The notes beneath the pieces were generated by a model, which did no database searches, had not been told where the DNA came from, and saw only the letters and a program-made list of their open reading frames with translations. Position numbers and translations under genes: made by a program. DNA of 64,000 nucleotides from Blastocatellia bacterium (GTDB taxonomy: Bacteria; Acidobacteriota; Blastocatellia; RBC074): positions 15,682 through 79,681 of the forward strand of contig DAOLKO010000010.1 of assembly GCA_035331565.1 (NCBI GenBank), given 5' to 3'. Below, piece after piece: positions 9,906 to 21,303 of this stretch (positions within the stretch are counted from its first letter, which is position 1; each line of letters opens with the position of its first letter).

Positions 9906-10742
9906 TCATTTTCCATTCGTCAACGCTTTACGCTGGAGTTCATAAACGCCCACGCGCTGAACACCGCGTTCGATAGGGTAAAAATTGATGACCTGATACC
10001 CGGACGCAAATGTATCAGTGAATGCCTGTCGCGTCACGGTGCGCCATTGCACTGCCAGTGCGCGGTCAGCTTCCTGCAACGCACTGATGTCGCCGGGAAT
10101 TTCGATAAAGATTGAAGGCGCGAGCATAATCTTTTGTTCGATGGGGTTTTGTTTTTCGTCACAGCGAATCAGCGCCTGTGCAGCTTGATAGTGGCCGGGC
10201 AAGATCGTAATTGCTCCTGCGATTTTTTGCTTGACGTGTTTGCTCGTCAGCTCCCAGCGAAGCCAGAAACGATCTGTGCCCAGTTGATGCAAGACACTGG
10301 TTGTCTCGCCGTAATAATCCACTTTGTATTGATCGCACACCGCGCCGAGCTTGCCGAAATTGAGCCGCGCGTTGCGGGCTTGCAGCGGATCGAACGTCCA
10401 CGAAACGCGCTGAATGCCGCGCGACAAGCACCATTCGCGTTGTGCGAGTTTCATCCGATAGCCCAACCGACGATCACGATAAGCCGGACTGACTGCGAGC
10501 ATGTCGGAATGAATCGTCAATCCGTCAGCATCCCGCGCGAGAATGCCGAAGACGAATCCGACCAGCGCCGTGCCGTCATACGCTCCCAGCAACATGCCGC
10601 CCGTGTCAGTCACGAGTTTGAGAAAGGGTGACGGAAGAACATCCAGATCGGCTTCGCCCCAGACATCTCGCTGCATTGTCTCGACCGCTTTCATTTCCTC
10701 CAGCGTGCGCAACTCTCTGATATGAATGCCGTCGTAATTCAT
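9906..10742 (-). CDS. GNAT-family N-acyltransferase. In this context it is a candidate N-succinyl/acetyl transferase for amino acids.
   Basis: 278-aa product with a GNAT core (LAVSPAYRDRRLGYRMKL). It sits in the same strand cluster as the NSAR-like and M20 genes. Confidence 0.55.
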   Translation of the reverse strand: MNYDGIHIRELRTLEEMKAVETMQRDVWGEADLDVLPSPFLKLVTDTGGMLLGAYDGTALVGFVFGILARDADGLTIHSDMLAVSPAYRDRRLGYRMKLAQREWCLSRGIQRVSWTFDPLQARNARLNFGKLGAVCDQYKVDYYGETTSVLHQLGTDRFWLRWELTSKHVKQKIAGAITILPGHYQAAQALIRCDEKQNPIEQKIMLAPSIFIEIPGDISALQEADRALAVQWRTVTRQAFTDTFASGYQVINFYPIERGVQRVGVYELQRKALTNGK

Positions 10743-10783
10743 AATTGCTCCTTCGAAGATTATTCTGATCGAATGAACTTTGA

Positions 10784-11311
10784 TTACCGCGTCGCATGAG
10801 CCTGAATCTTTTCGGCATCAAACACGATGACATCAGCAAACATTCCTTCGCCCAGCATTCCTCTTTCCTGGCCGCGTTCGCGCAAGCGCATTTGTTGCGC
10901 GAGCAATGAAGTCATCCGGCGAATCGCTTCTTCCAGCGTGAGCACTTTTTGTTCGCGCACGTAGCGCGCCAGCACACGCGGGAACGAGCCGTAGCTAAGC
11001 GGATGTGGAAAGCCTTCGCCCCAGGCGACCAGATCGCCATCGGTTTCGATCATCGCCCACGGATGCCGCAACAAGCGCACGACATCGGCTTCGTCCATCG
11101 CGTGAAAGATGCCGATAAAGCCGTCTTTGAGTTGCAACTCGATCAGCGCCTTGATGCCGTTCGCCAGTGTTGGCGCTTGTTTCTGGCCACACACGTAATC
11201 GGCCAGCGCGCGTCCGTTGTAGCGTTGATCGGCGGGCAGCTCGCGAAACTGGATGCTGGTTAAATCGCGTCCTGCCATGGTTGGAAAGATCGGTTGAAGC
11301 TTTATCGTCAC
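10784..11311 (-). pseudogene. C-terminal ~175 aa of an N-acyl-D-amino-acid deacylase (D-aminoacylase). The N-terminal ~300 aa are missing.
   Basis: SYGSFPRVLARYVREQKVLTLEEAIRRMTSL...GMFADVIVFD matches the D-aminoacylase C-terminal region. The ORF start abuts the stop of the upstream dehydrogenase gene, leaving no room for the catalytic N-terminal domain. Confidence 0.5.
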
Positions 11312-11317
11312 TAAACG

Positions 11318-12373
11318 TTATTGCGCGGCGCGCAGTCGTTGTTCGGCGAAGGCTTCTGCCGCCGCTGCAGTCGTGATTTTTTCCTGCGCGGCAAGATCGT
11401 AAACCGCCAGCAACGTGTCGTAAATTCCGGCAATGCGTTGTTCGAGTTGGGATGGGGATTCGCCCAGCAGGTAAGCGCCGCCGCTGATGATGCCGCCCGC
11501 GTTGAGGATGAAATCGGGAGCATAAAGAATGTCACGCGCTTCGATAACTTCGGCGTCTGCTTCTGTGTTTAATTGATTGTTCGCCGCTCCGGCGATGATG
11601 GCCGCTTGCAGACGCGGGATCGTTTGTTCGTTGAGGATTCCGCCCAACGCACAGGGTGCAAAGACATCCGCCGCTGCATCGTAAATTTCTTCGGGTGCAA
11701 CTGTGACAGCATCGCAGGCGCGAGCGCAGGCGGCGGCGCGCGCGGCGTCTACGTCAGTCACAATCAAACGCGCACCCGCTTCTTTCAGCAATTGCGCCAA
11801 TGCAAATCCGACATTGCCACAGCCTTGAAGCGCGACCGTCTTGCCACGTAAATCATCTCCGCCCCAACGTTGTCGCGCCGAAGCCTGTATGCCACGCAAC
11901 ACTCCGCGCGCCGTCCACGGCGAAGGATCGCCGCCGCGTCCGGCAAAGCCCGCGACAAAGCGCGTTTCCTGTGCGGCGGCTTGCATATCTTCGGGGCTGG
12001 TGCCGACGTCTTCGCCCGTAATGAAGCGGCCTTGCAGACTTTCGACAAAACGTCCGTGCGCACGAAACCACGCGGTGCGGTCAATGGTTCGCCCATCGCC
12101 GATGATGACGGCTTTGCCGCCGCCGAATGGCAATCCGGCTGCCGCGTTTTTGTACGTCATTCCGCGCGACAACCGCAGCACATCCGCCAGAGCTTCATCA
12201 AAGCTGTGATAAGGCCAGAAGCGCGTGCCGCCTACGGCTGGCCCAAGCTTCGTGCTGTGCAAGGCAATGATGCCGCGATAGTCCATGTCCGGTTCGTGCC
12301 AGGTCACGACTTTTTCGTAGTCTTCTACCTCAATCGTTTCAACGGCAGGGGTATTCATGTTTTGGTGTGTCAT
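11318..12373 (-). CDS. Glu/Leu/Phe/Val dehydrogenase family enzyme (Leu/Phe dehydrogenase-like, ~352 aa).
   Basis: GGTRFWPY, GLPFGGGKAV and a Rossmann GCGNVG. The start is placed at ATG 12373 (MTHQNMNTPAVE). The listed 493-aa ORF has a compositionally aberrant N-terminal extension. Confidence 0.8.
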   Translation of the reverse strand: MTHQNMNTPAVETIEVEDYEKVVTWHEPDMDYRGIIALHSTKLGPAVGGTRFWPYHSFDEALADVLRLSRGMTYKNAAAGLPFGGGKAVIIGDGRTIDRTAWFRAHGRFVESLQGRFITGEDVGTSPEDMQAAAQETRFVAGFAGRGGDPSPWTARGVLRGIQASARQRWGGDDLRGKTVALQGCGNVGFALAQLLKEAGARLIVTDVDAARAAACARACDAVTVAPEEIYDAAADVFAPCALGGILNEQTIPRLQAAIIAGAANNQLNTEADAEVIEARDILYAPDFILNAGGIISGGAYLLGESPSQLEQRIAGIYDTLLAVYDLAAQEKITTAAAAEAFAEQRLRAAQ

Positions 12374-12912
12374 CGAAGGCGCTAGCTTGCTATTCAGGTA
12401 TGTGGGCAGAAATGCTTTTTTATCATTCAGCAACCGGCTGCGCCAGATACGCGCGCGGGTAGAGTTTGCGCAGGACGCTGTCAATCCCTTCCCGGTTATA
12501 GCGGTTTTCAGGTGCGTGCGACCTGCAACCACAGATAAACACTGATGAACACGGCCCACAAAGACATCTATTGATTCGACCCGCAACCAGAGCACGAACT
12601 CTGTGCTTTCCAGCACAGGCGGGAACATGCCGGTCGGATTGCGGCGCACACCTTCAGCATCGGAAATCCAGCCTGCCGCCGTCGGCCTTGCCAGATCGTC
12701 AGCGTCCGCAATCTCGATGTAGTGTGTCCCAGCGGTAAGCGGGCGTGACTTGCTCGATTGGCTGCTTCTCTTTCGGCAAGGCTGCGTGACGCCAAGCACC
12801 GTCCTTTCCTATCTTCTCCTGCGGCATTCAATTCTTTTTTGTGGAGGTTTCCAATGAACGATTCACTTCCCGACGATCCGGCAAAACTCCAGGCCCGCTT
12901 TGAACACTCTCG

Positions 12913-13206
12913 ATGGTTTGCCGTGTTTGCCGACTTCACCCGACCTCGCTTCACAAGCGCGCCAAACCGGCCTCAACCTCTTCCAAGCCCGACACGCCTG
13001 TTCACGAATCCGCCGGCACATCCCGGACGGATTTCTATTGCTTGTCGCCGGCCGTCTCTTTACAGCAATCGCCGCTTTCCACTCCGGCGGCGGAGAATTG
13101 TCGGCGGGTGCTTGAGCGCGCCGACGGCGCTCGAATGACACTGGTCTTACCGCAGCTTGAGACCACGGCGCTCTCGACTCTCTGCTCGAATTTCCTGCGC
13201 CACTGA
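12913..13206 (+). pseudogene. IS66-family orf1-like remnant.
   Basis: Its C-terminus VLERADGARMTLVLPQL is homologous to the fragment at 5010-5060. It lies immediately upstream of an IS66 TnpB gene. Confidence 0.35.
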
Positions 13207-13219
13207 CGGCCCAAGTCCG

Positions 13220-13699
13220 ATGATTCAACTGGTTCCCCAACTCAGGATTCTGCTCGCCTGCCAGCCCGTTGATTTCAGGAAGGGGCTCGATTCGCTCCTT
13301 GCCCTGTGCAAAGGCTCGCTGGCGCAAGACCCTTTCTCCGGCACTTTGTTCGTCTTTCGCAACCGCGCCGGCACCGCCCTCAAACTGCTCGTCTATGACG
13401 GCACAGGCTATTGCCGCATCCAGTGGTGGCCGCGGGCTTCGGACACACCTCTCCATTCGCTCGAAGCCCAACAACTCTCGGTTTTGCTCTACAACGGATT
13501 GCCCGATCAGGCAGGCGTTGCCCCCCCTGGCGCAAGCTCGATCCCAACACCTTCGCTCAAGCTGCGCGTACTACAGCTTTCACTTCCAATTCTGCCGCAG
13601 GCTCGCCTCGCGCATAAGTCCACGGCAGAGACGCTGCCGGATTGGCCCGCGCTTCGGCTCAATGCCGCATCAGCCACAACAGGTACGCCCAGGCACTGA
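13220..13699 (+). mobile_element. tnpB: IS66-family accessory protein TnpB (Orf2). The expected stop is missing and the frame reads on into antisense of tnpC.
   Basis: MIQLVPQLRILLACQPVDFRKGLDSLLALCKGSLAQDPFSGTLFVFRNRAGTALKLLVYDGTGYCRIQWWPRASDTPL is a canonical IS66 Orf2. Confidence 0.7.
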
Positions 13700-14750
13700 C
13701 TTCGTTCAACCGACACGTCTCGATCAGACTGAGCAGGATTGCGCCCACCGACGCCCCGTGCTCGTTCTTGTAAAAGAGCGCGTTCTTGCGCAGCAGCACC
13801 GCCCGCTTCAAGGCACGCTCGGCTTGATTGTTATCCAGCGGCGCATTCGCCACACTCAGAAATCGTGTCAGCCCGGCCCAGTGTTTCAACACGTAGCGCA
13901 GCGCCTGTCCCAAACTGCTGTTCGGTTCGACCAGGCGTTCGGCAAACTGCGCCTCGATCCATTCCCGCAGGTCTTTCATCACCGCGCCGCTCTTCATTTG
14001 ATGGTGCTTCAGTCGCTGCCTGGCCTCCAGCCCTTTTGTCTCGGCGTCCGTCTCGTAGACCTTCGAAACCGCATCCAGCACGACTCCGCACTCTGACGGG
14101 AAGATCGCCTCGATCTCGATGAACTTCCGCCGCGCGTGCGGTGAGGCACTTGGCTTCAATCGTCTCCTCCTCTCCGCTCCAGTTGGCCGCCGGCGCATCC
14201 GACATTTGAATCGGCCTTCCCAGATCGGCGCTCCGCACCTTCAACAACTCGTCGAGATTCTCGCCCGCGTGCCGACGACCATTGGCATAGAGCGCGATCC
14301 GATGCCCACCGACTTCAATCACCATCCCGCTGGTGTTCGTCGCTCGCCGCTCCGACTCTTTGAGTTCTTTTTTCTCCTTCAAGCACGACAGGATTTTCAC
14401 TCGCGTGTCATCGCTGAAGATCACTTCGCCATCCGCCGCCAGGCGACGCAAATACAAAGACACCGGTAGCGCCGCATCCGCCACCGCTTCGCAGCGCTCG
14501 AACTGCACCGATTCCGCCAGCGGTCAATCGCTCCTGGCAGGCCCCAGCAGCGCAAGATTTCTTGTTCGTAGCGTGTCGCCCCGACCAGAGGCTGCCCGGT
14601 CAATTGGATGAAGATGGCCGGCTCTTTGGCGGAGGCCCCGGCATCGCTTCGAGCGTCCGTTCCGGGGCCGAAAATCAAGCGATTGAGCCGCTTGATGGAA
14701 GCGTTCTTACGCTCAAGCAGCGAGGCCATCGAAAGCACCAAGCGCAGCAA
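13659..14750 (-). pseudogene. IS66-family transposase (TnpC) split over three frames. It converges on the tnpB copy, so it belongs to a different, truncated IS copy.
   Basis: The N-terminal piece has LIFGPGTDAR, the middle piece GMVIEVGGHRIALYANG, and the C-terminal piece HARRKFIEIEA...NNQAERALKRAVLLRKN. At least two frameshifts separate them. Confidence 0.65.
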
Positions 14751-15233
14751 CCGCTCAACCAGTTGCGCATCGCGCGGCTCAATGCAGGAGCGCTTGACGC
14801 GCTCAATCAGCGCCTCGATTTCGGAAGGATCAGTCTTGGGAATGTCATCTTGCCTGGCCAGGGCCGCGCCTGCTACGGCAGGCCGCCAGAGAGGCCAAGC
14901 TCATCTCACACATTCAACGCGAGTTCACGCCTTTTTGCCGAAGGTTCACAACCAAACTGAAAGAGTCTCCTATGCGTGCTTGCCTGAGGCGGCAACAATT
15001 GATGGTGCCAAACTGGTTCTCAGGGTCAGGCTTTATCCCGGGTTAAGGGCACCAAGTCGAGAGCGACCTTCGGTCACTGAGGACAGGGTGATCATACTTC
15101 TGTCGTTCCTGATTCTCATCGCTGGTGGTGTACCAAGATTCATCAAGGCTTTATCCGAAGCGCTACCGTGATTTTCATAGGAGTCGAGATAAGGTAATGC
15201 TCACAAAGGCGAGGTGAAACGTTAGTCATGAAG

Positions 15234-16202
15234 TTATAACCTTCCGATCACATCTTTGGCGAAATACGTCAGGATCAAATCCGCGCCGGCGCGTTTGATG
15301 GCTATGAGTGATTCCATCATCACGCGCTCTTCATCAATCCAGCCCAGACGGCCTGCGGCCTTGATCTGCGCGTATTCGCCGGAAACCTGATAGGCCGCAA
15401 GCGGCAGGTTGAAGCGTTCGCGGACAGCGCGAATCACGTCCAGATAGGCCAGCGCTGGTTTGACCATCAGCATGTCCGTGCCTTGCTCCACGTCCAGTTC
15501 GGCTTCGCGCAAGGCCTCGCGGACGTTGGGCGGATCCATTTGATAACTGCGGCGGTCGCCGAATTGAGGCGCGCTGTCGGCAGCTTCTCGGAAAGGGCCG
15601 TAAAACGCCGAAGCATATTTCACGGCATAAGACAGAATCGGAATTTGCTCGAAGCCCGCCGCGTCCAATCCCGCGCGAATTGCGCCGACCATCCCGTCCA
15701 TCATTCCCGAAGGCGCGATGATGTCAGCGCCCGCCTGCGCCTGACTGACGGCGGTTTTGGCCAGCGTCTCCAAAGTTGGATCGTTGGCTACGTCATTATT
15801 TTCAATCGTGCCGCAATGGCCGTGCGAGGTGTATTCGCACAAACAGGTGTCGGCCAGCACAACCAAATCTTTGACTTCGCGTTTGACGGCGCGAACGGCG
15901 CGTTGGGTGATGCCGTCTTCGGCAAAGGCGTCGCTGCCGATTTCGTCTTTTTGTTCCGGCAGGCCGAAGACGATGATCGAAGACACGCCCAGTCGGCGCG
16001 CGGCTTCGCACTCCTTGACCAGTTCGTCCACGGACAGATTGAAGACGCCGGGCATCGAACTGATCTCTTTGCGAATGCCTTCGCCGGGACAGGCGAAGAG
16101 CGGATAAATCAGATTTGCGGGATCGAGTCGCGTTTCGCGTACCATTTCCCGCAACGTGGCGGTGCGGCGCAATCTTCGCGGACGTTGAATCAATGAAGCC
16201 AT
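15234..16202 (-). CDS. hemB: Porphobilinogen synthase (delta-aminolevulinate dehydratase).
   Basis: [17 protein letters not shown]...LIYPLF at the N-terminus, the active-site Lys region (MVKPA) and 322 aa length. Confidence 0.9.
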   Translation of the reverse strand: MASLIQRPRRLRRTATLREMVRETRLDPANLIYPLFACPGEGIRKEISSMPGVFNLSVDELVKECEAARRLGVSSIIVFGLPEQKDEIGSDAFAEDGITQRAVRAVKREVKDLVVLADTCLCEYTSHGHCGTIENNDVANDPTLETLAKTAVSQAQAGADIIAPSGMMDGMVGAIRAGLDAAGFEQIPILSYAVKYASAFYGPFREAADSAPQFGDRRSYQMDPPNVREALREAELDVEQGTDMLMVKPALAYLDVIRAVRERFNLPLAAYQVSGEYAQIKAAGRLGWIDEERVMMESLIAIKRAGADLILTYFAKDVIGRL

Positions 16203-16214
16203 GAAAACTCTCCT

Positions 16215-17324
16215 TCAGTTCACTTGGTTAATGATCGTTTGGCAAACCTGCTCGGTTTGCTCTTCTGTCAATTGCGGAAACATCGGCAGGCTCAGCACCT
16301 CGCGCGCGGCGCGTTCGGTTTCAGGCAAACTGATTGGCGCGCGGTTTCGATAAGCCGGCTGCAAATGAACCGGCACGGGATAATGAATCAGCGCGCCGAT
16401 TCCCTGCTCTTTCAATCGCGCCTGCAAGCGGTCGCGCTCGCCGCTGCGCACCACATACTGATGATAAACGTGCGACGCCTCGCCTTTCGGCTTCGGCAAT
16501 TGCAACGGAGTCGCCGCCAATCGCTCGTCATAAATTCGCGCAATCCGTCGCCGCCGTTCGTTGTCTTCATCCAAAGCTTTCAGCTTGACGCGCAAAATCG
16601 CTGCTTGCAGTTCGTCCAGCCGCGAATTCATGCCGGCCACTTCGCTGACGTAGCGTTCGCGCCAGCCGTATTCGCGCAGCAATCGCACGCGCTCGGCCAG
16701 TTCGGCGTCGTTTGTCACCACCGCGCCGCCATCGCCCAGCGCGCCCAGATTTTTCGTCGGATAAAAACTGAAAGTCGCAATGTCGCTGAAGGTTCCGACT
16801 CGCTGCTTGCCGAGCTTCGCGCCGTGCGCCTGCGCGCAATCTTCGATAACGCGCAATTCAAAGCGCCGCGCAATTTCCAAAATTGCCGCCATCTCCGCCG
16901 GATGCCCGTAAAGATGCACGGCAATGATCGCTTTGAGGTCTGCTTCGCCGCGATGTTTTTTGACGGCATTTTCCACGGCTTGTGGGCTGATGGTGAACGT
17001 CGCCGGATCAATGTCCACCAGCAGCGGCACTGCTCCGGCTAACTCAATCGCAGCCACGGTTGCCACAGCCGTATGCGAGACGGTAATGACTGCATCGCCC
17101 GCGCCCACGCCGCAAGCGCGCAAGGCCAGCGTCAATGCGTCCGTCCCATTCGCCACGCCGATGCAATGCGCCGCGCCGAGATACGCGGCAAACTCCTGCT
17201 CAAAACCGGCCACCTGCCGCCCCAAAATGTACCAACCGCTATCAAGCGTTTGCCGAATCGCTTCGTCAATCTCGCGCCGATGCGCCAGGTAACCGGCTTT
17301 CAAATCATTCTGCGGAATAGTCAA
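16215..17324 (-). CDS. DegT/DnrJ/EryC1/StrS-family PLP-dependent sugar aminotransferase.
   Basis: [11 protein letters not shown]...[17 protein letters not shown]. The start is placed at TTG 17324 (MTIPQNDL), 7 nt after GGAGG. The longer listed ORF overlaps the upstream gene. Confidence 0.8.
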   Translation of the reverse strand: MTIPQNDLKAGYLAHRREIDEAIRQTLDSGWYILGRQVAGFEQEFAAYLGAAHCIGVANGTDALTLALRACGVGAGDAVITVSHTAVATVAAIELAGAVPLLVDIDPATFTISPQAVENAVKKHRGEADLKAIIAVHLYGHPAEMAAILEIARRFELRVIEDCAQAHGAKLGKQRVGTFSDIATFSFYPTKNLGALGDGGAVVTNDAELAERVRLLREYGWRERYVSEVAGMNSRLDELQAAILRVKLKALDEDNERRRRIARIYDERLAATPLQLPKPKGEASHVYHQYVVRSGERDRLQARLKEQGIGALIHYPVPVHLQPAYRNRAPISLPETERAAREVLSLPMFPQLTEEQTEQVCQTIINQVN

Positions 17325-17349
17325 TGTCGTAACCTCCACCAACCACCGA

Positions 17350-18354
17350 TCACAGATACTTCGACAAATGTTCGCGGTAAAACACCAACGTTTGGCGCAA
17401 GCCTTCTGCCAAAGGCGTTCGTGGTTGCCAGCCAAGCGTCGCGCGAATGCGCGTGAAGTCCGCGTAGTAATCGCCGATGTCAATTCGTTTGCGATCCGCC
17501 GGATAGCTGCGCGTCAGGTATTCGCCGGAGCCGTTGGTCTTCACCACCAATTCGGCCAGGTCTTTCAAACTGATGATGCCGTCGCCGCCCAGATTGAAGA
17601 TTTCGCCGTTGGCGGCTTCGCTCGAGGCGGCCAGCAGGAAAGCTTCGACGGCGTCGTCCACGAAAGTGAAGTCGCGCAGTTGATGGCCTTCCCAAACTTC
17701 AAAGGATTTGCCCTCGACCGCCAGACGAATCCAAACGCCGAGAAAGGTTTGGCGTGCGTCCTTCACGCGCATTCGCGGGCCGTAAGTGTTAGTCAGCCGC
17801 AACGCGCAGGCGCGAATGCCGTAAACATTGTTGTAAAGGATGTGATACCACTCGCCGGCCATTTTGTTGATGCCGTTGACATCCACTGGCCGCAGCAAAT
17901 GTTTCTCGTCCACCGGCAGGTAATCCGGCTTACCGTAAAGCTGGCGTGTGGAAGCAAAGACGATTTTGATCGCGGGGTTGTATTTGCGGCAGGCTTCCAG
18001 AATGGAGAGTTGCGCGCGGCAATTGATTTCCAGATCCGCGTCCGGGTCGCTCATCGAATCCATATGGCTGGTCTGCCCGGCCAGATTGAAGAGGTAATCC
18101 TGTTCCTGCACCAGGTAACGCATCGAATGGGCATCGCGCACGTCGGAGATGTTCACCTGCACGCGGTCTTCTTCAGTGGTCAGCCCGGCGATGTTGAACA
18201 AGTTGCCGCCGTATTCGGGAATCAGACTATCCACCAGCAATACGCGCGCGCCCAATGCGACCAGCCGCCGCGCCAGATTCGAGCCGATGAACCCCAATGC
18301 GCCGGTAATCAAGACGCGGCGATTTTCAAACACGCTTTTGAATTCAACGCCCAT
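17350..18354 (-). CDS. NAD-dependent epimerase/dehydratase (extended SDR; UDP-glucuronate decarboxylase / dTDP-glucose dehydratase-like).
   Basis: [14 protein letters not shown] near the N-terminus and the YxxxK region. The start is placed at M16 (MGVEF). Confidence 0.8.
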   Translation of the reverse strand: MGVEFKSVFENRRVLITGALGFIGSNLARRLVALGARVLLVDSLIPEYGGNLFNIAGLTTEEDRVQVNISDVRDAHSMRYLVQEQDYLFNLAGQTSHMDSMSDPDADLEINCRAQLSILEACRKYNPAIKIVFASTRQLYGKPDYLPVDEKHLLRPVDVNGINKMAGEWYHILYNNVYGIRACALRLTNTYGPRMRVKDARQTFLGVWIRLAVEGKSFEVWEGHQLRDFTFVDDAVEAFLLAASSEAANGEIFNLGGDGIISLKDLAELVVKTNGSGEYLTRSYPADRKRIDIGDYYADFTRIRATLGWQPRTPLAEGLRQTLVFYREHLSKYL

Positions 18355-21103
18355 TTGCCTCCAATCTTGCCAACGCCGCTTCGCAAGCGGCCAGTTCATT
18401 CATTGTTTGTTGTTTGTCCCGCGCGTCCACTGGCGAAAGCAAACTGCCTGGCATTTTGCTTTTCCAAATTTCCAGACTGCGCTCGAACCACAAGCGCGCC
18501 TGCCGCCAATTTTCGACTTGTTGTGATTTTGTTTTCGCGGCCAACGCCGCGTGTAATTTGCCGAAACGCGCGTAACAGCCGGCCAGCGCACGGCTCATTT
18601 CCAGGTTGGCGGCATCCTTACCGGCCAGTGATTCCAACCGCGTTTGCGCCTCGCGGTAATGCTCTTCCGCCTCCGCGAAATCGCCGCGCGCCAGCAAGAC
18701 ATCGCCGATTTGTTGGTGGCTGATGGCAATGTGACGATTGGCGTCGGCAAATGCCGGATCGGCGGCGAAGACCTCTTCGCGCAAAGCCAGCGTTTTGCGA
18801 TGCCATTCCAGCGCGCCCGCCGGATCATTTTTCCCGGCCAGCGTTTCGCCGATCAACTCCGTGGTGACGGTCAGATCGCCGCGCAGTAATTCGTTTTTCG
18901 GATCGTCGGCAAGGCCCGCTTCGCGCAATTCCAACGCGCGGCGATGCTGCGCCATCGCTTCATCGAAACGGTTCATCAACTGCAACATCTTGCCCGCCGA
19001 ATCCAGCGTCGTGGCCATTTCGCGCCGCACTGAAGTATTCAGCTTGTCTTCGGCAAACAAGACTTCGTAACGCGCCAGCGCCTGCCGGTAAAAGTCCAGC
19101 GCCTTGCCGTAATCGAGCATGGTGTAGCTGCGGTCGCCAAGTTTGATGTAACTGATGGCCAGATTGCGCCGCCACTTCGGCTCCTTCGGTTCGGCGGCGG
19201 CTACTTGTTCGGAAAACTCCAGCGATTTTTGCGTGTAGTCGAGAGAAGTTTTGTAATCACCTGTTTTTTCCAGCGTCTCAGCCAATCGTTCATAAATCGC
19301 GCCGACCCAGTTGCGAATCGCCGTGTCGTTCGGCGCGGCAGCCAACGCGCGTTCGCAAACGGGCAGAGCGTCGCGATAACCGGCCAGCGCACCGGCCAGA
19401 TCGCCGCTTTCGCTTTTCAAATCAGCCAGCAGGGTTTGACTGCGCGACAGGTTGTAAAGCGATGTGGCGTCACTCGCGCCCGCCGCACCCAGCGCACGCC
19501 GAATGGCCAGCGCCTTCTCGTAACTACGCATAGCGCCCGCGCGGTCGCCCAGATTGGAGTAATACGGATGGCCCTGCACCAACCCGACTTTCTCATAAGC
19601 CGCCGCCAGTTCCTGCTGCAAAGCCGCGTCGTTGCCGACTTCGCGCGAAAGATTGTCAAGGTATTCCAGCGCGTCCTTGACCAGCATTTCGCGGACGGGT
19701 GTTGCGCCGGGCAGGTTTTCGATGGCGTCGTGATATTTGAACATCACGTTGTTGGCCAGTTTGCGCACGTCGTTGAAGCGGCGTTCGGCAATGGCGCGCT
19801 GTTGCCGCGCAACGCGCATTTGCCAGATGGTCGTCACCAGTCCGGCCAACAGCGAAAGCGTAACCAACACGGCAGCGATGACGCCGGCGCGATGACGCGC
19901 GATGAATTTGCTCATCCGGTAACGCGCGGTGTCTTCGCGGGCGATGACCGGACGCCCGGCCAGATGGCGGCGGATGTCTTCGCTGAACTGCTGCACCGAA
20001 GCGTAACGACGCTCAGGCTCTTTGCGCAGCGCCATCAACACGATGTTGTCCAAATCGCCCTGCAATTGCCGCCGCAGTTTTTCGGCATATTCGACGTTGA
20101 AATTGCCGTTGGTTTCGCGCGCACCGTCGGAAGTTGTGCGGCGTATGACGGCGGTGCTGGGACGTTCGGGTTCGTTTTCGCAAACGACGCGGGCGATTTC
20201 GTGCGGCGAAACGCTCTTGATCTGATAGGGCTTCTGCCCGGTCAGCAATTCGTAAAGCACCACGCCCAGGCTGTAAACGTCCGTCGCCGTCGTCACGTTA
20301 TGACCAAGCACCTGTTCAGGACTGGCATAAGCCGGTGTCATCGGACGTTCCCAGGTGCGCGTTGGATAAATCGTATCGTCGGCGAGTTCCGGGTTCAGAA
20401 TTTTGGCGATGCCGAAATCAAGAAGCTTCACGGTGCAGTCTTCTGTGACCAGAATGTTGGTGGGTTTGATGTCGCGATGGATGACCAGATTTTGATGCGC
20501 GTAATGCACCGCCGCGCAGACCGTGCGGAAAAGCTCCAATCGCTCCGACGTTTTCAACTGATGCGATTCGCAGTAATCGTCAATCGGCCGGCCTTCGATG
20601 TGTTCCATCACGAAATACGGCATGCCTTCGGCGGTCGTGCCGCCATCAAGCAAACGCGCGATGTTCGGATGGTCGAGACTGGCCAGAATCTGCCGCTCAT
20701 GGCGGAAGCGCGAAAGGATTTCCGCCGAATCCATGCCGCGACGAACAATCTTGATAGCCACGCGCTTTTTGAATGCGTCGTCGTCGCGTTCAGCCAGATA
20801 AACATTGCCCATGCCGCCGCGCCCCAATTCGCTAATGACACGATAAAGACCAACGCGCTGCCCGATCATCGTCCGGTCTTGATCGAAGCGCGGCAGAATG
20901 GGCGCGGCGGCCAGCACCGCTTCGGTTTCTAAAAACGGCAGCGTGTCGGCGGAGGAGTTTTCGCGCAAGAGAGTTTCTACTTCGCGCCGCAAACTCGAAT
21001 CTTCGCCGCACGCTTCCTGAAGCCACGCCGCACGGCTCGCTGTATCTTTTTCCTGGGCTTCTTGAAAAAGTTGCTTGATGCGTTGATAGCGTTCGGGCGT
21101 CAT
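18344..21103 (-). CDS. Ser/Thr protein kinase with a TM segment and long C-terminal TPR repeats.
   Basis: Kinase subdomains VAIKIV, HRDIKPTNIL, DFGIAK and APE. The C-terminal ~450 aa are TPR-like. Confidence 0.85.
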   Translation of the reverse strand: MTPERYQRIKQLFQEAQEKDTASRAAWLQEACGEDSSLRREVETLLRENSSADTLPFLETEAVLAAAPILPRFDQDRTMIGQRVGLYRVISELGRGGMGNVYLAERDDDAFKKRVAIKIVRRGMDSAEILSRFRHERQILASLDHPNIARLLDGGTTAEGMPYFVMEHIEGRPIDDYCESHQLKTSERLELFRTVCAAVHYAHQNLVIHRDIKPTNILVTEDCTVKLLDFGIAKILNPELADDTIYPTRTWERPMTPAYASPEQVLGHNVTTATDVYSLGVVLYELLTGQKPYQIKSVSPHEIARVVCENEPERPSTAVIRRTTSDGARETNGNFNVEYAEKLRRQLQGDLDNIVLMALRKEPERRYASVQQFSEDIRRHLAGRPVIAREDTARYRMSKFIARHRAGVIAAVLVTLSLLAGLVTTIWQMRVARQQRAIAERRFNDVRKLANNVMFKYHDAIENLPGATPVREMLVKDALEYLDNLSREVGNDAALQQELAAAYEKVGLVQGHPYYSNLGDRAGAMRSYEKALAIRRALGAAGASDATSLYNLSRSQTLLADLKSESGDLAGALAGYRDALPVCERALAAAPNDTAIRNWVGAIYERLAETLEKTGDYKTSLDYTQKSLEFSEQVAAAEPKEPKWRRNLAISYIKLGDRSYTMLDYGKALDFYRQALARYEVLFAEDKLNTSVRREMATTLDSAGKMLQLMNRFDEAMAQHRRALELREAGLADDPKNELLRGDLTVTTELIGETLAGKNDPAGALEWHRKTLALREEVFAADPAFADANRHIAISHQQIGDVLLARGDFAEAEEHYREAQTRLESLAGKDAANLEMSRALAGCYARFGKLHAALAAKTKSQQVENWRQARLWFERSLEIWKSKMPGSLLSPVDARDKQQTMNELAACEAALARLEANGR

Positions 21104-21303
21104 AGGCAGGCGTTATCCGAATCTGTCGTTTTGTGTTGAAGGAGATTTCAAAACCGCCCGAAGCATAGCCAACCGCGTCGGAGGGAGTCAACGAACCGGT
21201 TTGCGAAAGAAACGGAAGAATGGGGAATTGAGGCAGGAACCAAAAGCCGCGAACAACATGCGGAATCGCCTGTCTTGTTCGCGGCTGTTTTTAGGATTGT
21301 GAT

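Noticed and set aside
12374-12799. 140-aa N-terminal extension of the dehydrogenase ORF (a 493-aa version).
   Set aside because: The extension is compositionally unlike the rest of the protein. A clean ATG at 12373 gives a canonical ~352-aa Leu/Phe dehydrogenase.
13269-14096. 275-aa ORF on the + strand.
   Set aside because: Antisense to the IS66 tnpC pseudogene. It is Arg/Pro/Ser-rich junk.
17368-18723. 451-aa ORF on the + strand.
   Set aside because: Antisense to the epimerase gene and the kinase 3' end.
19205-20932. 575-aa ORF on the + strand.
   Set aside because: Antisense to the Ser/Thr kinase-TPR gene. It has an Arg/Ala-rich compositional artefact.
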